Program-made: the position numbers and the translations under genes
IMG/VR virus record: IMGVR_UViG_3300035698_009139
DNA: 64,000 nucleotides
Direction: 5' to 3' (one strand)
Source: a virus
Shown here: piece after piece, positions 47,456 through 55,184 of the stretch
Layout of the letters: the number at the start of each line of letters is the position of its first letter
Position numbering within the stretch: the first letter of the stretch is position 1
The notes under the pieces: model-generated
Told to the model about the DNA's origin: nothing
What the model saw: the letters and a program-made list of their open reading frames with translations, nothing else
Databases searched by the model: none

Positions 47456-47626
47456 ATGGCGTATGACCACACGACGTACTATAAGCCTGTGACGCATTCA
47501 CGCCGCAAGGACGGATGCCCAAAATGCCATAGCACCGCAGATTACGTTGAAGCTATTGGTTTTGAACAGTGCGGGGCCTGCGGATACTTCGTAGACTATC
47601 ACCGCGGAACAGTGGAGAATGCATGA
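47456..47626 (+). CDS. small zinc-ribbon protein
   Basis: CPKC...CGACG. Confidence 0.55.
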   Translation: MAYDHTTYYKPVTHSRRKDGCPKCHSTADYVEAIGFEQCGACGYFVDYHRGTVENA

Positions 47627-48113
47627 TGAACGACGCATATCAAGATCCGATGGTGACGGTGGCGATTTATCTCGCAATCGCCACGACCACGGCTAAGATC
47701 TTTCACAGAGGACAAGTGCGCTGGGATGGTTCCGATTATTTCGACAACCACATCCAGCAAGTGACGGAAGATGTGTGTGTAAAGCACTCAGGCCACGTCG
47801 ATGGACCAACGCTCGCCGCGATTGCGTTGCTGCACGATATCATCGAGGACACCGCATGTGACGAAGAGATGTTACGGTCCCTCGGATTTGATGACCGTGT
47901 GATGGATGGCGTGCTGGCGATTACGAAAGTATATGATGGGTCAGAGGATTACTGGCAGTATCTGGAACGCGTCAAACGCAACCCAGACGCCCGCGCCGCG
48001 CCGTCAAGATCTGTGACATCGGCAATAACCTTGCTGACATTATGGAAAACTATCCGAACAAGACAAAATCAATCACGAAATACAACAAAGCGTTGGATTT
48101 CCTAAACAGTTAA
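47623..48113 (+). pseudogene. Mesh1/SpoT-like HD hydrolase frameshifted by a 5-bp duplication
   Basis: HRGQVR..Y..H, ALLHDIIEDT; removing one CGCGC copy at 47992 restores ARAVKICDIGNNL. Confidence 0.7.
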
Positions 48114-48114
48114 T

Positions 48115-48188
48115 AGCGCTGAAGCCAACTGGTGCGGCGGCAGGCTTTGACCCTGCTTTAGAAGGTTCGATTCCTTCCAGTGCTTCCA
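48115..48188 (+). tRNA. tRNA-Gln(TTG)
   Basis: Cloverleaf, CCA. Confidence 0.88.
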
Positions 48189-48193
48189 ATTTA

Positions 48194-48325
48194 TGGCGAT
48201 GCAGAGCATTCTAATGGATAATGCGCCAGAGACTTAATGTACATACCATAGCGTTGCCACGCAGTACGGTGGTGGCAGGAGGTTGTCTCAGGAGATAAGG
48301 GGGTTCGATTCCCTCCATCGTCACA
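48194..48325 (+). ncRNA. tRNA-like RNA with expanded anticodon arm
   Basis: TGGCGATG/CATCGTCA; GCATT/AATGC D arm; GAGAC/GTCTC flanking an insert; TTCGATT T loop. Confidence 0.65.
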
Positions 48326-48335
48326 GTTTTAATAT

Positions 48336-48414
48336 GCACCTGTATGCCGCCGGTCTTCGAAACCGGAGAAAGCTAACTGGATACATGGAGGTTCGACTCC
48401 TCTCAGGTGCGCCA
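48336..48414 (+). tRNA. D-armless tRNA-Arg(TCG) with D-loop sequence in the variable region
   Basis: GCACCTG/CAGGTGC, CCGGT-CTTCGAA-ACCGG, T arm, GCCA. Confidence 0.7.
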
Positions 48415-48426
48415 ATTATTCTAACT

Positions 48427-48434
48427 TATAAATA
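48427..48434 (+). promoter_or_regulatory. T4-type late promoter for the HNH gene
   Basis: TATAAATA. Confidence 0.7.
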
Positions 48435-48460
48435 CTCCAGAATCTACAGGAGATTGTTAT

Positions 48461-48880
48461 ATGAAGAAGTGCACTAATTGTAAAGAAGAAAAATCAGAAG
48501 AGCACTTTGCTTGGAAAAATAAAGCTAAAGGCTTGAGACAAAACAAGTGCAAAATATGTTACAGCGCCTACAACAGAACATATTACCATTCTGGTGAAAA
48601 GCATAAACAAAAAGCACGAGTGAGGGCCAATATTGAAAAAACTGCTCAAAAGTATCGAGCATGGAAGGACTTACAATCCTGTAATGAATGTGATGAATCT
48701 GCCGCAGAGTGTTTAGACCTTCACCACCTAGATCCGACAAAAAAGGATTTTTCATTGTCAGGATCATACCAAATGTATACCTGGGAACGTATACAGAAAG
48801 AATTACATAAGTGTGTGGTGTTATGTGCCAACTGCCATCGAAAAGTCCACACTGGCCGAATACAAATATTGGACCCGTAG
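48461..48880 (+). mobile_element. free-standing HNH endonuclease gene
   Basis: CxxC pairs, LDLHH.DP, CVVLCANCHRKVH; AT-rich; between two tRNA-Arg genes. Confidence 0.75.
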
Positions 48881-48947
48881 CACAACTGGATAGTGCATCG
48901 ATCTTCTAAATCGAGGGTTGCAGGTTCAAGTCCTGCCGGGTCCACCA
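48871..48947 (+). tRNA. tRNA-Arg(TCT)
   Basis: Cloverleaf, A20, ACCA. Confidence 0.92.
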
Positions 48948-49128
48948 ACATAGGAATAGTTATGGAAGATGCAGAACGGATTAAACGGATTAAAGAATGG
49001 ATCGGGGAATCTTCTTTGGAAGATGTTATCGACACCGCGATGAATCGTCACACAGTCCGCGTCGGCCGCCGCAAACATATCGCCGCGATAGTACGGGAGG
49101 CGTTTGAAATCGTCTCTACTATCAGCGA

Positions 49129-49725
49129 ATGAGATTCATCGGAGACATACACGGCAACTTTATGCAATACTGTGGGATCGCCCAACAGGTGGGTCACTCA
49201 GTGCAGGTTGGCGACTATGGCGCCGGGTTTTCATATCCGTATCCTGAATTCGATGAAAACAATCACCGATTCATCCGAGGCAATCACGATAGTCCGGAGG
49301 AGTGCAGGCGACATCCAAATTGGATTAACGATGGTCGCGTTGAAGAAACGATTCACTCCGGCGCAATCATGTATGTGGGTGGTGCTAGGTCAATTGATCA
49401 AGAGTGGCGCACTGAAGGTCACAACTGGTGGCCTGAAGAAGAGCTGTCGATAGCAGAGCTTGGGCGGATGGTCGACAGGTACATCGACCTGAAACCGGCC
49501 GTGATGGTTACACACGATTGCCCAGAAGCAGTTGTTCATCCATTCTTCGGAAGTTTAGCAGTATCAGAAGATACGCGCACCCGGCAAGCATTTCAGTCGA
49601 TGTGGGAAGCTCACAAGCCAGATCTTTGGATCTTTGGCCACTGGCATTACGCAGTTGACCAGAAAGTATTAGGTACAAGATTTATATGCCTAGATCAGTT
49701 AACATATGTTGACCTCGACTTATAA
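49129..49725 (+). CDS. calcineurin-like metallophosphoesterase
   Basis: GDIHG, VGD, RGNHD, THDCP, FGHWH. Confidence 0.88.
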   Translation: MRFIGDIHGNFMQYCGIAQQVGHSVQVGDYGAGFSYPYPEFDENNHRFIRGNHDSPEECRRHPNWINDGRVEETIHSGAIMYVGGARSIDQEWRTEGHNWWPEEELSIAELGRMVDRYIDLKPAVMVTHDCPEAVVHPFFGSLAVSEDTRTRQAFQSMWEAHKPDLWIFGHWHYAVDQKVLGTRFICLDQLTYVDLDL

Positions 49726-49744
49726 ATCGGGTATGATAATGTAA

Positions 49745-49830
49745 GCCTGTTTGGTGGAATGGAATACGCAGCAGCTTTAAACCCTGCCGGCCTAACGGCC
49801 ATGAGAGTTCGAATCTCTCAACGGGCACCA
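49745..49830 (+). tRNA. tRNA-Leu(TAA)
   Basis: Type II, ACCA; promoter gTTGACC-N17-TATGAT at 49709. Confidence 0.85.
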
Positions 49831-49836
49831 ATTTGT

Positions 49837-49912
49837 ATCCCTGTAGTTCAGTGGTAGCAACGTTCCGCTCATAACGGAAATGTCGGGGGTTCGATTCCCT
49901 CCGGGGATACCA
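49837..49912 (+). tRNA. tRNA(CAT), probably Ile2
   Basis: TTCCG-CTCATAA-CGGAA, ACCA. Confidence 0.8.
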
Positions 49913-49931
49913 ATTTATGATGGAGACTAAT

Positions 49932-50159
49932 ATGAAAGATGATTTTCTGACGACGCTGCAAGCAGTGGACTGGGAAGATATGGATCTGGATGATTGCAAG
50001 GACAAGTTCAAAGAGCTTGCAGCCTTATGGGACTTCCAGGCGAAGCGAGACGAATATTGCCGCGCTGTCGACGGATGCAGAACCAAGAAGCGAGTGATCT
50101 CGTTCATCTGGAGCATCTGCCTTTCCGGCCTGCAGAAGAAGAATACGTACGCACGATGA
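49932..50159 (+). CDS. hypothetical protein
   Basis: GGAG RBS. Confidence 0.55.
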   Translation: MKDDFLTTLQAVDWEDMDLDDCKDKFKELAALWDFQAKRDEYCRAVDGCRTKKRVISFIWSICLSGLQKKNTYAR

Positions 50160-50386
50160 CGCTACAACAATGCCAGCCAATCGTAGACAAGTTCTGCGGT
50201 GACAAAGAAGACTGGCTGGATGCAGTAGAAGCGTTGGGCGTCCGAGGATTTTATTGGAACGGTAACCACAAAGCGTTCCTAGGATTACACCACCGAACAA
50301 ATGCAGTCGTTGCAGTATTTGAAACGAAAGCTGAGTGCGATAAGTGGTGCGAATACGTTAACGATCTATTTGATCATAGCCTCTAA
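50156..50386 (+). CDS. hypothetical protein
   Basis: ATGA overlap; stop inside tRNA-Thr. Confidence 0.5.
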   Translation: MTLQQCQPIVDKFCGDKEDWLDAVEALGVRGFYWNGNHKAFLGLHHRTNAVVAVFETKAECDKWCEYVNDLFDHSL

Positions 50387-50453
50387 AGCATAAATGGCGA
50401 TGCGCGGGTTTCGTAAACCTGATAACTCAGTTCGATTCTGGGTGGAGGCACCA
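50379..50453 (+). tRNA. tRNA-Thr(CGT)
   Basis: Cloverleaf, ACCA. Confidence 0.88.
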
Positions 50454-50470
50454 ATTTGAGGAGTTTGATT

Positions 50471-50950
50471 ATGCACTATGCGATGTATTCAGAGGACTAC
50501 GATGGAACTGACACCAGCAATTATCGCACCTATAATAGAGGTGATATGTATTTGGCCAGTGCTGATACGTATGATGAGCTGATAGATAAACTGGCTATAG
50601 AGCAGATTCGATTGAACGAGATTCGCCGAGACCATCCTGGGTCAACCGAATACTATATCAGCACTCACTGGTGTTTTCGAGCGGACATTCATGTATCATC
50701 TAGTTGCAATGATGGCATTGAATTGTTTGGTGCTGATGTAGGTGTCGAGGGAGCACACCTTGAATCAGACATATATAAGAAGTCGGCCGCATGGAAGGCT
50801 TATTTAGATAAGACTGCCAAAGAAAAGAAAAAGGCCCTGTCAATAAAGAAGGCGGCTAATACCCGCGCCCAGAATAAAAAAGATGCCGATAGAGAAAATA
50901 AGGAACGGAAGTTGCTTGCTGAGCTAAAGGAGCGATATGAAAAGGAATGA
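50471..50950 (+). CDS. hypothetical protein
   Basis: GAGGAG RBS; basic C-terminal helix. Confidence 0.6.
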   Translation: MHYAMYSEDYDGTDTSNYRTYNRGDMYLASADTYDELIDKLAIEQIRLNEIRRDHPGSTEYYISTHWCFRADIHVSSSCNDGIELFGADVGVEGAHLESDIYKKSAAWKAYLDKTAKEKKKALSIKKAANTRAQNKKDADRENKERKLLAELKERYEKE

Positions 50951-51200
50951 GGAACGCCAACTGGCGATGACTGCATTCGACGCGCTTCCAATACTGCTCA
51001 GAGACAAGATCAATTACTGTTTTGAGAGCCTGCCATATAAATATATATTGGACGTATATGTTTGGTGGCAGGACGGCCAACCCATCGGCCGAATAGCAGA
51101 TGAGATCGATACGATAGCCAGAACTAACACAATTGCGTTTCGAGAAACACAGCGAATCAGAGACATGATACGAAAAAGAAATAACGCTTCCAAAGCATAA
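50937..51200 (+). CDS. hypothetical protein
   Basis: AAGGAG RBS; stop inside tRNA-Thr. Confidence 0.55.
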   Translation: MKRNEERQLAMTAFDALPILLRDKINYCFESLPYKYILDVYVWWQDGQPIGRIADEIDTIARTNTIAFRETQRIRDMIRKRNNASKA

Positions 51201-51260
51201 GTGGCGATGCAGGGGTTTTGTAATCCTCAGAACTCGGTTCGATTCCGGGTGGGAGCACCA
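51186..51260 (+). tRNA. tRNA-Thr(TGT)
   Basis: Cloverleaf, ACCA. Confidence 0.9.
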
Positions 51261-51274
51261 ATTAGGAGAGCACT

Positions 51275-51462
51275 ATGAAGATGTGTGAAGAATGTGGAGG
51301 ATCCGGCAGCCTGCTGGTCAGGGTTAAACCCCTGGCAATTGCAGACTGCCCGATATATGCTGGGGTTGTGGTACTTGGCCACCTCCGGACAGGCCACTGA
51401 ATTTCACGATTCAGATGCATCCTTTCAAACGAAAGAAGCCAAGGAAAAAGAAGCACCCGTAG
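51275..51462 (+). pseudogene. DnaJ-type zinc-finger mini-protein frameshifted by an extra AT
   Basis: CEECGGSG; removing AT at 51353-51358 gives CPICWGCG. Confidence 0.55.
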
Positions 51463-51529
51463 CTCAGCTGGATAGAGCGCCGCCCTGCGAAGGCGGAGGC
51501 CACAAGTTCGAATCTTGTCGGATGCACCA
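51453..51529 (+). tRNA. tRNA-Arg(GCG)
   Basis: CCGCC-CTGCGAA-GGCGG, A20, ACCA. Confidence 0.9.
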
Positions 51530-51703
51530 ATTTAGAAAGTGATATTATGACTGATGATGAAGTTGCAATGATTGCGGCACGATTTTTTATCGATGAATTC
51601 GAAAATGATCCAACAGCCGTTGCTGAGTGGGTTGAATCTGCCAACCTCAATGTAGAGGAATTCATCACCCACGCAATAAAGCTTGCACAGAAATAGATAA
51701 CAT

Positions 51704-51780
51704 GCGGGCCAGGTAGCACTGGGTCAATGCGTCGCGTTGCCAACGCGAAGAGGTGGGTTCGATTCCCACGGTCCGCGCCA
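51704..51780 (+). tRNA. tRNA-Gly(GCC)
   Basis: TCGCG-TTGCCAA-CGCGA; atypical D arm and G73. Confidence 0.8.
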
Positions 51781-51784
51781 AAAT

Positions 51785-51941
51785 TTGAAGTCGCTTGTCC
51801 CTATTAATGGGCGGCTCCATAACGAGACTAGTTCCATGACCTGTAGGGGGTCGCAAAAGAATTCCGGGCTCATAATCCGGAGATGCGGGGTTGGTATGCC
51901 CGCCGGCGCTTCGGCGTCGTAGTTCAAGGTCTCTAGGAACA
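51785..51941 (+). ncRNA. circularly permuted tRNA(CAT) mimic with UUCG-sealed acceptor stem
   Basis: GAAT, CCGGG-CTCATAA-TCCGG, AGAT, GCGGG/CCCGC, CGGCGC-TTCG-GCGTCG, TA, GTTC. Confidence 0.65.
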
Positions 51942-51943
51942 AC

Positions 51944-52021
51944 GGATAGGTAGTAGTGTTGGCTATACGAACGGTCTCTTAAACCGCCTAGGCGTGGGTT
52001 CGATTCCCACCCTATCCACCA
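51944..52021 (+). tRNA. tRNA-Lys(CTT)
   Basis: GGATAGG/CCTATCC, CTCTTAA loop, ACCA. Confidence 0.85.
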
Positions 52022-52034
52022 ATTGAACTAACTG

Positions 52035-52063
52035 TTGTAATCGATTACAAAGTCGTGTATAAT
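52035..52063 (+). promoter_or_regulatory. sigma70-type promoter
   Basis: gTTGTAA-N17-TATAAT. Confidence 0.55.
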
Positions 52064-52090
52064 TATTACAGCAACTGAGAGGAGGCACAG

Positions 52091-52654
52091 ATGATCGGAT
52101 TACGTACACTTGTTCTAAACAACAATTACATCCCCATCAGCATGTACCCCCTTCATCACATCCCAGCAGAGGATGCTATGACACGCGTATACAATGAAAC
52201 GTGTTATGTTGTGCTCGAATACGATCGACCAATTTTGACGCAGCAGACAGGCTTAAAATGGCCTAGCGTGATTGCCAGGATAGCCACCGACTATGTATCG
52301 ACGGCCGTTAAGCTCCGGCCCGAATCTCTGTATTACCGAGATCATGGAAAGTGTCAATACTGCCACGAACCTGTTACAGTTAATGCAATGACATGCGATC
52401 ACGTTGTCCCTCAATCTCTTGGAGGCCCATTCACTTGGGAAAACATCGTTACAGCATGTTCCAGGTGTAACGGAGCTAAAGGTAACCACCGGCCGGAGGG
52501 CCGTTGGAAACTTCCGTACAAGCCGAAGAAGCCGACGTATCATCAACTATTGAAGAACCGAAGACAGTTTCCTATTACGGTTGGCGATATTAATTGGATG
52601 CAATTCCTAGGCGACTGGGATGGGCAAGTAAACATTAACGCTGCTGGGGCTTAG
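52091..52654 (+). CDS. HNH endonuclease (McrA/HNH_5 type)
   Basis: TLVLN..Y.PI, RD..CQYC, DHVVPQS.GG..WENIVTACSRCN. Confidence 0.9.
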   Translation: MIGLRTLVLNNNYIPISMYPLHHIPAEDAMTRVYNETCYVVLEYDRPILTQQTGLKWPSVIARIATDYVSTAVKLRPESLYYRDHGKCQYCHEPVTVNAMTCDHVVPQSLGGPFTWENIVTACSRCNGAKGNHRPEGRWKLPYKPKKPTYHQLLKNRRQFPITVGDINWMQFLGDWDGQVNINAAGA

Positions 52655-52676
52655 GTCTCAGTAGCCGGAGTACATT

Positions 52677-53351
52677 ATGTTACATAAGCGATTTAGTATG
52701 AACAAACTCGGCCGCGACTTTGTCGTTGGCGACCTTCACGGTTGCTTTGGCCAATTGTTGGACGAGCTGAGTAAGATCGAGTTCAATGACCGGGCGGATC
52801 GGATGTTCTCTGTCGGTGATCTGATTGATCGCGGCAAGGAGAATATCCAATGCGCCGAACTGCTGCACGCACCCTGGTTTTTCTCAGTCAAAGGCAACCA
52901 CGAGGACATGTTCGTGGCTGCAATGAATTCAAACGCCGGCACACACGACATGATGATGTATTTTCAAAATGGCGGCAACTGGGTATACGATGAGTTGGAC
53001 AATGCTATCAATGCCCCAGCTGACAAAGCACAGTGGATCGCCGAATTCGTCAGATTGTTTTCACAACTACCGCTGTCAATCACCGTCCCTACGAGTAACG
53101 GACTGGTCGGTATCTGTCATGCACAGCCTCCAGAGGACTGGGAGCAGGTGCAGTTCGAAACAGAAGCTAAGCTGCTATGGGCAAGACAAGTTGTCCAAAT
53201 GACGGCTCCGATCTTTCGCGTCGACAATGTGTGGAAGACGTACCACGGCCATACACCACTCGATGAGAAAAAAGTCGTCGGCAATGCACACTTTATTGAC
53301 ACCGGCGCTGTGTTCGATGGTGGTAAGCTGACCGTTGAAAGGATTCACTGA
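52677..53351 (+). CDS. Ser/Thr protein phosphatase (lambda NinI/PrpA family)
   Basis: GDLHG, VGDLIDRG, GNHE, HGHT, IDTG. Confidence 0.9.
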   Translation: MLHKRFSMNKLGRDFVVGDLHGCFGQLLDELSKIEFNDRADRMFSVGDLIDRGKENIQCAELLHAPWFFSVKGNHEDMFVAAMNSNAGTHDMMMYFQNGGNWVYDELDNAINAPADKAQWIAEFVRLFSQLPLSITVPTSNGLVGICHAQPPEDWEQVQFETEAKLLWARQVVQMTAPIFRVDNVWKTYHGHTPLDEKKVVGNAHFIDTGAVFDGGKLTVERIH

Positions 53352-53528
53352 TGAAAACCATTGAGGTCACTGATCAGAATGCTATATATGTTGATGGTAC
53401 CAGAATCACTAACCGTTCGACAAAATGGGGAAGGCATCGAGTCATCTCCTGTTTCAAAGGCCATAACGTAGAAGATGCTCTAAAGTCTGCCGGCTTCGAG
53501 CATCTGCTAAAATTTATAGGAGACTGAT

Positions 53529-53972
53529 ATGTCGCTACATGGTAATGTGATTGATAGCTTCTCCGGCGAAAATCGCTTCCTGAGTAATTTTCAGCTGTGC
53601 AGCGTGACAATGGACGAGGAGTGGTATGGTTCTACTGAGCATGCATACCAGGCCGCGAAGACGCTGGACTTAAATAAACGAAAGATATTCCGCGGCTCTA
53701 CGTCTTGTGGAACCGCAAAACGATTAGGGCAAACTCTTGTGTTGCGTCCCGACTGGGAAGAGGTTAAAATACCTGTGATGAAAGGATTGCTCGACCAAAA
53801 GTTTTGCATCCCTATTCTCAGGGCGTGTCTGATGGAAACTGGCGATGCTACCCTGATTGAAGGCAACGGCTGGAATGACACATTCTGGGGCGTATGCAAA
53901 GGAAAAGGACACAATCACCTTGGCATCCTGTTGATGCAGGTGCGGGATGAAATTAGAAATATGGATGGTTAA
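53529..53972 (+). CDS. NADAR (YbiA-like) glycosidase/ADP-ribosylhydrolase
   Basis: FLSNF, TEHAYQAAK, KF, EGN.W.DTFWG, NHLG..LM.VR. Confidence 0.9.
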   Translation: MSLHGNVIDSFSGENRFLSNFQLCSVTMDEEWYGSTEHAYQAAKTLDLNKRKIFRGSTSCGTAKRLGQTLVLRPDWEEVKIPVMKGLLDQKFCIPILRACLMETGDATLIEGNGWNDTFWGVCKGKGHNHLGILLMQVRDEIRNMDG

Positions 53973-54053
53973 CTAGCCAGGGTGCTAGACCTGCCTGCTA
54001 AGCAGTGGGAGCCTCGGAAGAGGCTTGAGTTTCGAGTACTCAGCCATCCGCCA
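53963..54053 (+). tRNA. tRNA-Ser(GCT)
   Basis: Long variable arm, GCCA. Confidence 0.88.
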
Positions 54054-54056
54054 ATT

Positions 54057-54130
54057 AGCCGCTTCGTATAAAGGCATTACTGCTGGTTCTGAGCCAGTTG
54101 ATCTGGGTTCGATTCCTAGAGCGGCTTCCA
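54057..54130 (+). tRNA. tRNA-Gln(CTG)
   Basis: Cloverleaf, CCA. Confidence 0.88.
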
Positions 54131-54322
54131 ATTTGAGGAGTATATTATGGCGAGAGTTGAAATAGGTCTTGAGAGTGATGGATGGTCAGTATTCATCGAC
54201 GACGGTGAAGGTAGCGGCCGTTCCTACACTTGGAACCATAACGACGAGGATATGGGTACTTCTGGTATCAAAGCGATGCTAGAAGACCTCGGTCACGAAG
54301 TGACCGTAGAGGAGTGGATGTG

Positions 54323-54805
54323 ATGATGGGCTACTTTCACGTAGGCTTCACAGGAACCCGCTTCGACCCAGCACCGCTCCAAAAGATAGCGCTGATGTCC
54401 ACTATTAAAAATATGGATCTGGTTTGGGGCTCGGGCGCAGGCAAAGGATATTTTAACGGAAATGATTCCGCACACCGAATATGTTTTCACCATGGCTGTT
54501 GCGTCGGCGCAGATGAATTCGCTCATTATGCAGCAGACTTAGCTGACTGGGCAATTGAATTGCACCCACCAGTCGATGAATCGGATATGGTCAAGCCAAC
54601 CAGTTATGACAATTGTCGCACACCGCTGACATATATGAAACGCAACAAAGCAATTGTTGATGTGGCTAAAATGATGCTAGTGGTTCCCAACACGATGACG
54701 GAACAGCAACGCAGTGGAACATGGGCGACATATCGAATGGCCAAGAAGAAGGGCATCGAACGAGTACTAGTGCTTCCGGACGGAACAGTTATTATCGAGC
54801 GCTAA
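54323..54805 (+). CDS. SLOG-superfamily nucleotide-binding protein
   Basis: VGFTGTR, HHGCCVGAD, RNKAIVD, SGTWATYRMA. Confidence 0.7.
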   Translation: MMGYFHVGFTGTRFDPAPLQKIALMSTIKNMDLVWGSGAGKGYFNGNDSAHRICFHHGCCVGADEFAHYAADLADWAIELHPPVDESDMVKPTSYDNCRTPLTYMKRNKAIVDVAKMMLVVPNTMTEQQRSGTWATYRMAKKKGIERVLVLPDGTVIIER

Positions 54806-54826
54806 CAGCAATCAGACAGATGTCGA

Positions 54827-55105
54827 ATGAAAAAATCTAAAGAAAAGAATCAAGCGCTAGCTGACTCTATACGCTGGCCTAAGGAGCTCTACGTTGTTAG
54901 AGGTTTCCGACAACTGCTTGCGCCTAATCGTGAAATGTACTTTGATGAGTATGATGATGCGTACGAGTACTTTGACCTCGTGTGGATGACCGACGCACTC
55001 GTCACAGACCTATTGATGACAAGGCAGTGGGGCCCCGGCGGATATGATCTTAAAATGTGGCAGATTGTCCGCCGGTCGTTTAGGGATGGCGCATTTTACC
55101 GTTGA
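54827..55105 (+). CDS. hypothetical protein
   Basis: ORF in operon. Confidence 0.5.
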   Translation: MKKSKEKNQALADSIRWPKELYVVRGFRQLLAPNREMYFDEYDDAYEYFDLVWMTDALVTDLLMTRQWGPGGYDLKMWQIVRRSFRDGAFYR

Positions 55106-55184
55106 CAGGTTTTGATACATTAGAAGTAAGATGCAAGCAATTGGGATGGTCTCAATTGCACATCAATCGATAAGGAGTCTAAAC

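Noticed and set aside
49745-49830. Possible ochre suppressor (CTTTAAA read as TTA)
   Set aside because: The stem register supports TAA (Leu); all three stop codons end conserved genes normally, so there is no sign of recoding
51036-51043. TATAAATA late promoter
   Set aside because: It lies mid-ORF with no late gene behind it, so it may be chance
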